Positions 12,086 through 21,645 of a stretch of DNA of 64,000 nt are shown piece after piece (positions within the stretch are counted from its first letter, which is position 1; each line of letters begins with the position of its first letter). The DNA is from Candidatus Methylomirabilota bacterium. GTDB taxonomy: Bacteria > Verrucomicrobiota > Verrucomicrobiia > Limisphaerales > SXQI01. Below the pieces are notes generated by a model, which was given only the letters and a program-made list of their open reading frames with translations, searched no databases and was not told where the DNA came from. Location of the stretch: positions 14,832 through 78,831 of the forward strand of contig DASPKX010000104.1 in NCBI GenBank assembly GCA_035627835.1, given 5' to 3'. The position numbers and the translations under genes were made by a program.

Positions 12086-14071
12086 ATGTTCGCTGAGGAT
12101 CCGAAACAATCGACGCGCGAGCTGCAATGGCTGGCGTTAGGTGTGCTGCTGGGCATGCTCATCCTTTTGGGCAAGCTCTGGCACACGCAGGTGGTCGCGC
12201 GGAAGCGTTATGAGCAAAGCCTGCAAGTGCAGTCAGTCCGCACGGTTCCCCTGCTCCCCACACGCGGACGCATTCTCGATGTGCGCGGGCGGCAACTCGC
12301 CGAGAACGAGCCGCGGTATGACGTAAAGTTGTATCTCGAGGACATCCGCCCGTTGTTCTACCACGAGTACACGAACACTGTTCGGCCGAGTTACCTCGCA
12401 ACCAACCCGGGGGTGAAGCTGTCGCGCAGCGTGCAATTCGCCTTGCAAGCTGAAGCACGCTATCGGGTGGCTAGCAATCTCGTGGCAAGAGCAACGGCGG
12501 CGGTTGGGTCGCCCTTGATCCTGAATAAGGACAGGTTCGGCGAGCATTACACGAACAAGTTATCGCTGCCGCTCACCGTTCTGACCAACCTCACCCGAGC
12601 GCAGATTTCTGGCTTCATCGAAAAGGCCGCTGACTTCCCAGGTGTCGCGTTAGAAGCGACACCCGTGCGCGTTTATCCATATCCAGGTATCGCATCGCAT
12701 TTGATTGGCTACATTGGGCGGGCGGAAATTCGAGGGACGGGAGAAGAGTTCCAGTTCAGCTATCCGGTGCAAGGCTTCGTTGGCCGCAATGGCCTTGAGC
12801 AGGCGTTCGACAGCGTGTTGCGCGGCACGCCCGGCGTGAAGGCGCTGTTGGTTAATAATATCGGATACGCCCAAAGCGAGTCGCGCCAACAGGAGCCGGA
12901 GCCTGGATGGGATCTCCACCTCACCCTGGATGTCGATATTCAAAAAGCGGCGGACCAGGCGTTGCGGATGACCGGGCCGGAAACCCGCGGGGCGGCGGTG
13001 GTGATGGATGTGCGGAATGGGGACATCATTGCGATGGCTTCGTCCCCAACCTTTGACCTGAACGACTTTGTGGATGGGGTCAGCCATGCGCAATGGGCGG
13101 AGCTGACGGATCCGAAGACGCTGCCGTTGTTCGATCGGGCGGCGCAAGGGATGTATCCGCCGGGATCGGTTTACAAAATAATAACGGGGTTGGCTGCTCT
13201 GGAAGCGGGGTTGGATCCGAAAGCTTTGTACGAGAGCGCGGGCTATACGCGCATTGGACGCCGCATCATCCAAGACACTGCCAAAGCGGGCATTTTTGAT
13301 TTTCGGCGCGCCTTCGCCAAGTCGAGCAATCCGTACTTCATCGATGCGGGGCGGCGGATTGGGAAAGAACGAATCCTCGCGCTGTCGAAGGAGTTCAAGC
13401 TTGGGGAGCGGACAGGCTATCTCTCCCGTACAGACATTAGGGATTCCTTAGAAAAGCCGGGTTATCTCCCGAATCCCCTGACTGGGTTGAAGCGAGACGG
13501 GTTGCCGTGGCAGGAGGGCGACACGGCCAACCTGTCCATTGGCCAGGGCGAGATTCTGACTACTCCGTTGCAGGTGGCGGTGATGATGGCGACGGTGGCG
13601 AACCGAGGCACGATTTACACACCGCGCTTGATCACGGCAATTCGTCCGCCGGAGAAGGACGCGACCGGGGCAGCTGGCGAGTTCTTCGAGCCGGGCATCC
13701 TGCGGGGACGGGTGAACTTAAGCCCGGCTTCCTGGCAGACGCTGCACGAAGCGATGCTGGCGGATGTTGAAGATCCAGAAGGGACTGGGAAGAGCGCGCG
13801 CATTGAGGGGTATCGGATCGGCGGGAAAACGGGCACAGCAGAGTTGGATCAACCGACCAAAGCGGGTGACCGGAAGATCACCTGGTTCGCGGCTTATGGG
13901 CCGTTTGAGAATCCGCGCTATGCCGTGGTGGTGATGCAGGAGGGCGGCGCGTCGGGCGGCGGATCGTGCGCGCCGCGCGCGCGGGAGATCTTCAAGGCCT
14001 TGATCAAGCGGGACACCAATCCCCCACCCCAGGCTGAGCGGACTTTAACTTTTCAGAGGGAGGCGCGGTAA
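12086..14071 (+). CDS. mrdA: Penicillin-binding protein 2 (elongasome transpeptidase)
   Basis: 661 aa. Transpeptidase motifs are SVYK (SxxK), SSN (SxN) and KTGT (KTG). Sits in the mreBCD-rodA context. Confidence 0.93.
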   Translation: MFAEDPKQSTRELQWLALGVLLGMLILLGKLWHTQVVARKRYEQSLQVQSVRTVPLLPTRGRILDVRGRQLAENEPRYDVKLYLEDIRPLFYHEYTNTVRPSYLATNPGVKLSRSVQFALQAEARYRVASNLVARATAAVGSPLILNKDRFGEHYTNKLSLPLTVLTNLTRAQISGFIEKAADFPGVALEATPVRVYPYPGIASHLIGYIGRAEIRGTGEEFQFSYPVQGFVGRNGLEQAFDSVLRGTPGVKALLVNNIGYAQSESRQQEPEPGWDLHLTLDVDIQKAADQALRMTGPETRGAAVVMDVRNGDIIAMASSPTFDLNDFVDGVSHAQWAELTDPKTLPLFDRAAQGMYPPGSVYKIITGLAALEAGLDPKALYESAGYTRIGRRIIQDTAKAGIFDFRRAFAKSSNPYFIDAGRRIGKERILALSKEFKLGERTGYLSRTDIRDSLEKPGYLPNPLTGLKRDGLPWQEGDTANLSIGQGEILTTPLQVAVMMATVANRGTIYTPRLITAIRPPEKDATGAAGEFFEPGILRGRVNLSPASWQTLHEAMLADVEDPEGTGKSARIEGYRIGGKTGTAELDQPTKAGDRKITWFAAYGPFENPRYAVVVMQEGGASGGGSCAPRAREIFKALIKRDTNPPPQAERTLTFQREAR

Positions 14072-15261
14072 TGTTCGAAAAGCCTCTCAAAGAAAATGTG
14101 CATCGCATCGATTGGGTGCTGTGGGGCGGCATCCTCGGCCTGATGCTGGTGGGGGCGCTCTTCATATTTAGCGCGTCGCGCGCTGGCGACCCCACGAGTG
14201 GGCTGTGGATGCGGCAGGTCATTTCGTACGGGATCGGAATCATGCTCGTGGCGGTGCTGTGCGGTGTGGATTACACCAAATGGTCGCGCTACGCGCTGGT
14301 CGGTTACTGGGGGTGCATCCTGCTCTTGCTGGCGGTGCTGATTCCGGGTGTGGGCGTGATGCGATACGGCGCGAGACGATGGATTGATTTTGGGCCCGTG
14401 CAATTTCAGCCGAGTGAATTTGCGAAGCTCGGGTTCATCTTCATGCAGGCGCATTATCTCAGCCAGCCGGTGGAAGAATTGCGCAGACGGTCGGCGTTCC
14501 TGAAGAGCCTCGCGTTGGCAGCGCTGCCATTTGTTTTGATTTTGAAAGAGCCGGACCTCGGGTCGGCGTTGGTCTTTTTCCCGGTGGGGTTGGCGATGAT
14601 GTTTGTGGCCGGTGTGCCACGGCAGACATTGGCCAAGTTTTTGGGCGGGTCAGCAGTGATTATTGGGCTGCTGTTGCTCAACGTGCTTTTCGCCCCGCCG
14701 CAATGGCAGGTGAAGATTGAGGATTACCAGCGCCATCGCTTGCTTGTGTTTTTCGGTTTGGATTTTGCGCCTCGGGACGCCACGCCTGAAGCGCGACAAA
14801 AGGCTCGATCGTTGCAGCGAGAAAAAAGCTACAACGTGGAGCAGGCCTTAATCTCCGTCGGTTCCGGCGGGGTGATGGGCAAAGGCTGGCGGGAAGGAAC
14901 CCAAAATGCATTGGGATACTTGCCGCGGGCAGTGGCGCACAATGACTTCATCTTCTCCGTGATTGCCGAGGAGAAAGGATTTGTGGGCAGCGTGATCGTG
15001 ATCACGCTTTACACCATAGTGCTGCTAAGCGGGCTGCGAATCGCAGGCCAGGCGCGCGATCGCCTGGGAAAACTGCTGGCAGTGGGCGTGGTGGCCCTCT
15101 TGTTCAGTCATATCTTCATCAACATCGGCATGAACATTCGCCTGATGCCCGTGACGGGCATACCGCTGCCGCTCCTCAGTTATGGAGGATCGTCTGTGGT
15201 TTGCTCGTTGATCGCGATTGGCATCCTGCAAAACGTGCACCTCTACAGAAGGTCTTATTAA
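14071..15261 (+). CDS. rodA: Peptidoglycan glycosyltransferase RodA (SEDS family)
   Basis: Polytopic FtsW/RodA/SpoVE-like protein (QPSEFAKL, HNDFIFSVI.EE.G, PLPLLSYGGSS). TAATG overlap with mrdA. Confidence 0.93.
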   Translation: MFEKPLKENVHRIDWVLWGGILGLMLVGALFIFSASRAGDPTSGLWMRQVISYGIGIMLVAVLCGVDYTKWSRYALVGYWGCILLLLAVLIPGVGVMRYGARRWIDFGPVQFQPSEFAKLGFIFMQAHYLSQPVEELRRRSAFLKSLALAALPFVLILKEPDLGSALVFFPVGLAMMFVAGVPRQTLAKFLGGSAVIIGLLLLNVLFAPPQWQVKIEDYQRHRLLVFFGLDFAPRDATPEARQKARSLQREKSYNVEQALISVGSGGVMGKGWREGTQNALGYLPRAVAHNDFIFSVIAEEKGFVGSVIVITLYTIVLLSGLRIAGQARDRLGKLLAVGVVALLFSHIFINIGMNIRLMPVTGIPLPLLSYGGSSVVCSLIAIGILQNVHLYRRSY

Positions 15262-15270
15262 CCCTCAAAT

Positions 15271-17214
15271 ATGAACGATAGAAACTTTTCGCGGCGACGC
15301 AAAACCATGAGATTCCGCCCTCCTGGCGGGCTCAGCGCGCCGAACCGCCCGACCAAAGCAGCGAATGAAGCTCGCGCTGATGCGGTGGGTGAGACGACTT
15401 CAGGGCCGGAAGCTGTGTTCGACGGCAGGCACACGAAGGAAATTGAACGCGCTGAGAATGTGGCGGCGGGACTGCCTGCGGATCCACATGAAGCTTCGAC
15501 TCAAACGACGAATGTGGCTCCAGAGCCGCAGCCGCAAAAACCGGAGCCGGAATACAAGCCAATCGAAGTGCAAAGCGCCGCGCCGGTGGGAATCGTGGAG
15601 ACGATTCGCGCAGCGGCCGAAAAAGTGATCAAACGTGTGCAACGGTTGATCAAGCCGGAGAAGCAGACTCACAAGGAAGTGTTGATCAACGCGGAGTCGC
15701 TCGAGACGCGCGTGGCGGTGTTGGAAGATGGGCGCGTCGAGGAGTTCACGATCGAGCGCACGGAAGATGACCGGCTCGTCGGGAGCATTTACAAAGGAAA
15801 GGTTCGAAACCTTGAAGATGGATTGAAGGCGGCGTTTGTGGACATTGGGTTCGAGAAGAATGCTTTTCTCCATTACTGGGACATTGTGCCGGCGCCGTTT
15901 GATAGCGGCGTGGAAGTGGTCGAGCGCGAAGGCGCGCGGAAGAAAGATCGGCCGCGCATCACGCAAAAAGATATTCCGAAGCTTTATCCTCCAGGCAGCG
16001 AAATCATCGTGCAGGTGACGAAGGGGCCGATTGGGACGAAGGGGCCGCGCGTCACCACGAACCTGGCTTTGCCGGGACGTTACTTGGTGCTGCTGCCGAA
16101 CTCGGACCAGAGCGGTATTTCGCGGAAAATCGAGGATCCCGAGGAGCGGAGCCGGCTTAAGAAAATCCTCCGCAGCTTGAGCATTCCCGAAGGGATGGGA
16201 GTGATCATTCGCACCGTGGGCGAAGGGCAGCAGGCGCGTTATTTCGTGCGCGACCTGGCGTTGCTTTTGGATGAGTGGAAGCGGGTTGCGGACAACATCC
16301 AGAACAAGCCGATTGCGAGCTGCGTGTTCCAGGAACCGGATTTGATCGAGCGCACCGTGCGCGACTTCCTGACGGAGGATGTGGACCGGATCATCATCGA
16401 CAACGGCCGCGAATACGACCGTGTGCGTGAGATGATCGGCCGCATTTCCCGGCGCTCGATGACGAAGGTGAAGCTTTACGCAGAGCCACAACCGTTGTTC
16501 GACCGGTTCGGTGTGACACGGCAATTGGAAAGCGCATTCTCGCGGCAGGTGCCGTTAAAGAGCGGCGGTTACATCGTCATTGATGAAACGGAAGCGTTGG
16601 TGGCGATCGACGTGAACACCGGCCGCCACAAGGGGAGCAAGGATCAGGAATCGACGATCCTGAAGGTCAACGTGGAAGCGGCCGAAGAAATTGGGCGGCA
16701 GTTGCGGTTGCGCAACATCGGCGGCTTGATCGTGCTCGATTTCATCGACATGAAGTCGGTGCGCGATCAGCGGCAAGTTTATCAAAAGCTGAAGGAGTCA
16801 CTCCGCCGGGATAAGGCGAAGACACATGTGCTGCCGATCTCGCAGCTCGGCTTGATGGAGATGACGCGCCAGCGGCATTCAGAGAGCGTGCGCTCGACGG
16901 TTTACGACGACTGCCCGCATTGCAAAGGGCGCGGCAAGGTGAAGAGCGCGCTGACGATGAGCGTGGAGATTCAGCGCAAGCTGGTCGAGATACTCAAACG
17001 CCGCAATCGAGACGAATCGGACTTCCAGCTCAAGGTAGTCGTCAATCCATCCGTGCGCGACCGTCTGCGGGGCGAGGACGAACGGCTAATCATCGAACTT
17101 GAGAAGAAGTACTTTGGACGGCTGGAGTTCCGTTCGGACCCAGGCTTGCATCCCGAGCAGTACAAGATTGTAAATGCGATGACGAACGAAGAGTTGGCGA
17201 ACGTTGGGTTGTAA
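15271..17214 (+). CDS. rng: Ribonuclease E/G family endoribonuclease (RNase G-like) with a ~130-aa low-complexity N-terminal extension
   Basis: S1 domain (GSIYKGKVRNLEDGLKAAFVDIG), a catalytic core (VAIDVNTG, GGLIVLDFIDM) and a CPxCxGxG zinc link (CPHCKGRGKV). Confidence 0.9.
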   Translation: MNDRNFSRRRKTMRFRPPGGLSAPNRPTKAANEARADAVGETTSGPEAVFDGRHTKEIERAENVAAGLPADPHEASTQTTNVAPEPQPQKPEPEYKPIEVQSAAPVGIVETIRAAAEKVIKRVQRLIKPEKQTHKEVLINAESLETRVAVLEDGRVEEFTIERTEDDRLVGSIYKGKVRNLEDGLKAAFVDIGFEKNAFLHYWDIVPAPFDSGVEVVEREGARKKDRPRITQKDIPKLYPPGSEIIVQVTKGPIGTKGPRVTTNLALPGRYLVLLPNSDQSGISRKIEDPEERSRLKKILRSLSIPEGMGVIIRTVGEGQQARYFVRDLALLLDEWKRVADNIQNKPIASCVFQEPDLIERTVRDFLTEDVDRIIIDNGREYDRVREMIGRISRRSMTKVKLYAEPQPLFDRFGVTRQLESAFSRQVPLKSGGYIVIDETEALVAIDVNTGRHKGSKDQESTILKVNVEAAEEIGRQLRLRNIGGLIVLDFIDMKSVRDQRQVYQKLKESLRRDKAKTHVLPISQLGLMEMTRQRHSESVRSTVYDDCPHCKGRGKVKSALTMSVEIQRKLVEILKRRNRDESDFQLKVVVNPSVRDRLRGEDERLIIELEKKYFGRLEFRSDPGLHPEQYKIVNAMTNEELANVGL

Positions 17215-17233
17215 GTCAGCGTTTGAGAATGTC

Positions 17234-17270
17234 AGAGCCCGCTTCGAAAGGAGCGGGCTCTTTCCTTTGT
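17234..17270 (+). terminator. Rho-independent terminator after rng
   Basis: AGAGCCCGCT / AGCGGGCTCT 10-bp stem, 8-nt loop, followed by TTCCTTTGTT. Confidence 0.6.
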
Positions 17271-17360
17271 TGAACGCAGGCGCATGCGCGGGCGCACACC
17301 GTGGAGAGCGACAACCGATTGGCTGCCGCCCTCCGAAAGAGGCTAATGAATGAGCTTCCG

Positions 17361-17720
17361 TTACGCTCTGGCGTGTTGAGGCGAGGGAAGCTTGCTGGTG
17401 AAGGCTGCAGCTCCGATTTCGAACAAGCCAAGCGCCAAATGAGGCGCCCAGACGTGGTCGGCGAAGCCAAGCAGCCATGGGGAAGCGGCCAAAAAGAGGC
17501 CGCTGCAAAAATCGAGGGCCAGATGCATGGACATTGGGATCACACGCAATAGGCCCATCTCGTAATCGGTCAGAAGGCTGTAGAGCAGGCCAAGCCCGCC
17601 TACAGCAACCATTGCCCAGGTCTCGGGACCGCCGGCTGCGAAGCCGAGCAACCAGGGGGCGAACGCGATTAAGGCGCCCACTGAATAATCCAAAAAGCCG
17701 TGTGCTCTGGTCGTTAGCAT
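17361..17720 (-). CDS. SPW-repeat membrane protein
   Basis: 119 aa with four hydrophobic helices and two copies of the (A/S)PW motif (IAFAPWLLGF and AASPWLLGF). Lies 12 bp downstream of the Gly/Ser-rich gene, so probably co-transcribed. Confidence 0.72.
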   Translation of the reverse strand: MLTTRAHGFLDYSVGALIAFAPWLLGFAAGGPETWAMVAVGGLGLLYSLLTDYEMGLLRVIPMSMHLALDFCSGLFLAASPWLLGFADHVWAPHLALGLFEIGAAAFTSKLPSPQHARA

Positions 17721-17732
17721 AAGCGTGCAGAA

Positions 17733-18704
17733 TTAGCGCGAACCGCCGCCAGTGGAGCTGCCGGTGGAACCGCCCGTCGATCCGCCAGCGCCGCTGCTGG
17801 AGCTGGCAGAACCGCCAGAGGTTGAGCCGCCGCTGGACCCGCCAGAGGCGCCACTTCCAGAGCCGCCAGAAGAGCTTCCCGAGCCGCCCGAGCCGCTGCT
17901 GCCGGAACCACCCGAAGAGCTGCCGCTGCCGCCAGCGCCGCTGCTGCCTGTGGAGCTACCGCTGCCACCGGTCGAGCCAGAGGCAGAACCTGTTCCGCTA
18001 CCACTGCCGGAGCCGGTGGCATCCGAGCCGCTGCTGGAACCGGAACTGCCGCTGCCTAAGCCCGAGCCACTCGTGCTCCCAGAGCCGGAGCCGCTGCCGG
18101 ATTGGCCGCTGGCGGAGCCGCCAGAGTTTCTCCCGCCGCGCTGGCTTTGATCAGCATTGCCATGGCCGCGATAACGATTGGTGGAGTTATATAAGCCAGT
18201 GTCAGAAGCACGGCCGCCGCTCGCCGACGCGCCGATGCCACCCTGGGAGCTGGAGCCGCTGCCGCTCAGGCCGCCTGTGCTGCTGCCGCTGGTAGATCCC
18301 GAAGCGCCGCCCTGGCTGGAGCTGGAGCCGGAAAGGCCACCGGAGCTAGAGCCAGAAGAACCGCTCTGCCCCGAGCCGGAGCCACCCGAAGCTGACGTGC
18401 CGCTTTGGCCGGAGGCAGAACCGCCGGACGAAGAGGATCCGCTTTGGTCAGAGCTGGAGCCGCTGGTGGACTGGCCAGAACTGCCTTGAGAGCTGGATTG
18501 GCTGCCTTGCTGGCCTCCAGAGAATGTTCCGCCGCGGGAACGCGCCGTGTCGCTTTGCGAGTTGCCTTGAAGTGAGCCGGAAGAGGAGCCGGAGCTTCCG
18601 CTGCCAGAACCCGAACCGGAACCCGGACCCGAACCGCCAGAACTTTGCGCATGCGTCATGGCGCTCAGCGCGAAGACTGCGATTAAAACTGCAATTTTTT
18701 TCAT
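17733..18704 (-). CDS. Secreted, extremely Gly/Ser-rich low-complexity protein
   Basis: AGGAG lies 8 nt upstream of the ATG. Signal peptide MKKIAVLIAVFALSAMTHA. About 300 aa follow, almost entirely G/S with some Q/T/A/D, interrupted by one non-repetitive island (GRASDTGLYNSTNRYRGHGNADQSQRGGRN). Confidence 0.75.
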   Translation of the reverse strand: MKKIAVLIAVFALSAMTHAQSSGGSGPGSGSGSGSGSSGSSSGSLQGNSQSDTARSRGGTFSGGQQGSQSSSQGSSGQSTSGSSSDQSGSSSSGGSASGQSGTSASGGSGSGQSGSSGSSSGGLSGSSSSQGGASGSTSGSSTGGLSGSGSSSQGGIGASASGGRASDTGLYNSTNRYRGHGNADQSQRGGRNSGGSASGQSGSGSGSGSTSGSGLGSGSSGSSSGSDATGSGSGSGTGSASGSTGGSGSSTGSSGAGGSGSSSGGSGSSGSGGSGSSSGGSGSGASGGSSGGSTSGGSASSSSGAGGSTGGSTGSSTGGGSR

Positions 18705-18934
18705 TCCGTTAATCTCCTAGTTGTCGTTGGACTGCAACCAATGCCGACATGGCTGATTGCGAGGCCAACCTTCCTCGCCAGCAGAGTGGCAACAATGCGT
18801 AGAGGAGCGGGGATGAAGGGCGAACTATGAGATGAGAGCGCGCTCAGGGAAACACGGGGGTATGAGTGCAGGAGAAGCGGAGCGCCAGTTTGTGGTTGCG
18901 CATGGTCTTAATGAAACTTAAACCAAGCATCACG

Positions 18935-19144
18935 ATGAAATCCCTCGTTTACATTCTGATTGCTGTAGTCGCTTTCAGCGCGGCGCCGGTCTACGCTGCG
19001 AACGATCGAGCCAAAGAATCCGCACCGACCGAAGCGACGGATGGGGTGAAGAAAGAGAAGAAGGCCGAAAAGGCCAAAAAGAAGAAGAAAGCCAAGAAGG
19101 CAAAGAAGGCTAAAAAAGACAAGAAGCACGCGCGGCAATCCTAA
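18935..19144 (+). CDS. Small secreted protein with a poly-lysine tail
   Basis: MKSLVYILIAVVAFSAAPVYA signal peptide, then ...KKEKKAEKAKKKKKAKKAKKAKKDKKHARQS. A strong terminator follows immediately. ATG 18911 or 18866 are alternative starts. Confidence 0.6.
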   Translation: MKSLVYILIAVVAFSAAPVYAANDRAKESAPTEATDGVKKEKKAEKAKKKKKAKKAKKAKKDKKHARQS

Positions 19145-19164
19145 TCACGAACACGTTTTTACCG

Positions 19165-19198
19165 GGCCAGCGCTTTTGGTGCGCTGGCCTTTTTGTTT
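19165..19198 (+). terminator. Rho-independent terminator after the Lys-rich small gene
   Basis: GGCCAGCGC-ttttggt-GCGCTGGCC followed by TTTTTGTTT. Confidence 0.7.
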
Positions 19199-19216
19199 AG
19201 ATTTCCGGGCGCTTGC

Positions 19217-19951
19217 ATGAGGATCGAACTCAGTGGTGTTTCAAAGAGGTATGGCCGCACACGTGCACTGGATGCGGTAAGCCTGCAGATTGAGCCGGGG
19301 CAGATCATCGCACTGTTGGGCTCGAACGGAGCCGGGAAAACAACGTTGCTGCGAGCGTTGGCAACCATTGTGGGGCTGGATCGCGGCGAGATCCGCCTCG
19401 ATGGGGAATTGCTCACACGCGACCGGCTGGACTTGCGCCGGCGAATGATGTTCCTGCCCGATTTCCCTTTTCTATTCTGGGACCAGAGCACGCTAAAAAA
19501 TATCGCAACCATCTTGCGGTTGCACGAAGCAGATGCTTCAGGCGTGGAAAAGCGGGTGGTCGAATTGCTAAGGGATTTCGATTTGCTCCCCCTGGCCGAT
19601 ACGCCGGTGCAGAGCTTGTCGCGAGGACAAGGTTATAAGACCGGTCTAACAGGGCTGCTGGCCGTCAATCCTGAGCTGTGGCTGCTGGACGAGCCGTTCG
19701 CCTCGGGCATGGATCCACATGCGATCCAGGCGTTCAAACGGCATGCCCGCACAGCCGCAGCCGCAGGGAGAACCATCATTTACTCGACGCAGATTCTTGA
19801 TGTGGCCGAGCGGTTCTCTGATCGCGTCTGCGTGATCCATGAAGGCGAGATTCGGGCCTTCGATAGCCTGGAACGACTTCAGGCTGCTGCCGGAACACAG
19901 GAGCAGGCTCTCGATGCGCTGTTCCGGCGGTTGCGTGAGGAAAGCAAGTGA
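19217..19951 (+). CDS. ABC transporter ATP-binding protein
   Basis: Walker A GSNGAGKTT, signature LSRGQGYK, Walker B LWLLDEP. Start taken at MRIELSGVSKRYG. Confidence 0.9.
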   Translation: MRIELSGVSKRYGRTRALDAVSLQIEPGQIIALLGSNGAGKTTLLRALATIVGLDRGEIRLDGELLTRDRLDLRRRMMFLPDFPFLFWDQSTLKNIATILRLHEADASGVEKRVVELLRDFDLLPLADTPVQSLSRGQGYKTGLTGLLAVNPELWLLDEPFASGMDPHAIQAFKRHARTAAAAGRTIIYSTQILDVAERFSDRVCVIHEGEIRAFDSLERLQAAAGTQEQALDALFRRLREESK

Positions 19952-21645
19952 GGCTGCATTCACCAGCTTTTCTCCGAGGCGCGAGCGCCCTGGTGCGAAG
20001 GGAAATCCGCGCTTCACGCGAGCTTCGTCGGCAGGCCCGCAGAGCGAAAAAGGCACGGTGGTTCTCGAGCAGCGATTTTTTTGTTCACGCACTCGGGCTG
20101 TCGTTTTTCTTAAGCATGCTCTCGAAGGTGGGCCCCTCGGGAACAGGGGCGCAGATGGTGTTAGTCACTATCTGGTCCACCCTCGCGGTGTTCTGGATCG
20201 TCCCAGCTATTTTTGAGAGAGTGTATCGATCGCCGATCGTTTCAACGCTCTACCATCTGCCCGTCCCAGATGAGATGATCTTCGAGCATCGCTTCCGCGC
20301 GTTAGTCCTGAACGCGGGTGGCTGGCTGCTGGCAGACTTAGCAGTGATCATGGGCTCCCTTCATATCTTCCAAGGGTGGGAGATTTCCGCGGGAGCAATT
20401 GCGGTCACCGTCGCAGTGGTGTCGCTCCAAGCCGCGGTGGTTATGGCCTGCGCAACCCTCGCAGCTCGGCATGCGCCCTCCCTGCCCTATCGCCTCATTG
20501 TGTGGCTTGTGGTCATGGGGGTGATTCTGCCGGTTTGGATCGGGAGCAAGTCTGCGGTCAACACGATTGGGGGAAGTCTCCAAACGATTGCTGGATGGCC
20601 GTTCTGGGCTTTGCCCACCGGGTGGTTAACGCGAACGCACACGGAAGCAATGGGAGAGTTTTGGCTGAGCGCCCTCTTGCCGATTCCCGCCGTTATATGC
20701 CTGATGATTGGAGCGCGCTTGGCCTATCGCGACCTCAAAAGCTCTTACACACTTACGGAGGAAATGCTTCCGCATCCCGGCTCGATTGGTAACCCTTTAA
20801 GGAACGATGAAGAGGGTCTCCAGGAGGAGCGGACGCGAGCAGGCATAACGGAGATCGAAGACCGAATCTTTTCACGCGAATTCTTAACGCCGAGCGCCGT
20901 GAGGCCGGAAGGCATAATCGAGCAAACTGCGCTGGGCGCTCTCAACCCAAAGGAGCGCGAGCTTGTTGCCGTTTTCAACGGGCAGGAACCGCGATGGACG
21001 AGGCAGTGGAAGCGGCGGGCGATTCTGTTGGCGTTTCTGGGAAGCTTGGCCGTGGCCGGACAAAACAAAGCATTGGCTTTGGTGTTCTACCTTGTTTGCG
21101 GAGTCTCGCTATTGGCAGTGATCCCGCTTGGGAACCCGTTGCCTACCGCCTTTCAAATGCTGTTCCTTAGCGGCACAAACATCCCGCTGTATGCCGGGTT
21201 TCCAGTGAGTTTCAAACAACTCGCCTCGATTATTCTACGGATTTCCACCATCCGTTGGGCGGCGGCGCTGCCGCTCGTGCTCGCGTTTTGTGCAGCTTGC
21301 GGGGTCATCGGAGGAAGTGGAGTCACAGCCGGTGTAATGGCCGGTCTGAAAGCGGGGTGGTTGTTGCTCGTTATCCAACCGCTGCTGGTGGTGATGTTCT
21401 TCAGCTCGGGCTCGAACGACAGTTCGCAGTTCCGTTGGCGTCAACTCCCGGGGCTGGTTGCCTTCTTAACGGGGTTCGCCCTGACAGGCGGACTCTGTTT
21501 GGCCGTTATCTTCTCCCGAAATCCAGCCGTAGTGATCTGGTGCGGCATGGGCGCGCTGGTGTGCGCGTGGATTCTGCTGTGGGCTTACGCGAGGATGTTT
21601 CGAACAGGAAAGTTCGATTTACTGCAAATCCCGCAGGTGTCATGA
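19948..21645 (+). CDS. Large polytopic membrane protein (putative non-canonical ABC permease partner)
   Basis: GTGA overlap with the ATPase gene. Two hydrophobic multi-helix bundles are separated by a ~90-aa polar linker (TEEMLPHPGSIGNPLRNDEEGLQEERTRAGITEIEDR...). I recognise no family motif. Confidence 0.72.
   Translation: MRLHSPAFLRGASALVRREIRASRELRRQARRAKKARWFSSSDFFVHALGLSFFLSMLSKVGPSGTGAQMVLVTIWSTLAVFWIVPAIFERVYRSPIVSTLYHLPVPDEMIFEHRFRALVLNAGGWLLADLAVIMGSLHIFQGWEISAGAIAVTVAVVSLQAAVVMACATLAARHAPSLPYRLIVWLVVMGVILPVWIGSKSAVNTIGGSLQTIAGWPFWALPTGWLTRTHTEAMGEFWLSALLPIPAVICLMIGARLAYRDLKSSYTLTEEMLPHPGSIGNPLRNDEEGLQEERTRAGITEIEDRIFSREFLTPSAVRPEGIIEQTALGALNPKERELVAVFNGQEPRWTRQWKRRAILLAFLGSLAVAGQNKALALVFYLVCGVSLLAVIPLGNPLPTAFQMLFLSGTNIPLYAGFPVSFKQLASIILRISTIRWAAALPLVLAFCAACGVIGGSGVTAGVMAGLKAGWLLLVIQPLLVVMFFSSGSNDSSQFRWRQLPGLVAFLTGFALTGGLCLAVIFSRNPAVVIWCGMGALVCAWILLWAYARMFRTGKFDLLQIPQVS

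Noticed and set aside
17752-18489. Pro/Glu/Leu-rich plus-strand ORFs (132, 157 and 103 aa) and Ala-rich alternative minus-strand frames over the Gly/Ser-rich gene.
   Set aside because: They are frame and strand artefacts of the (GGC/AGC)n-type low-complexity coding repeat. Only the minus-strand G/S frame has an SD, ATG and signal peptide.
21255-21641. N-terminal 129 codons of ORF 21255..23588.
   Set aside because: This part overlaps the 3' end of the upstream membrane-protein gene in another frame. ATG 21642 forms a typical ATGA junction, so it is treated as the real start.
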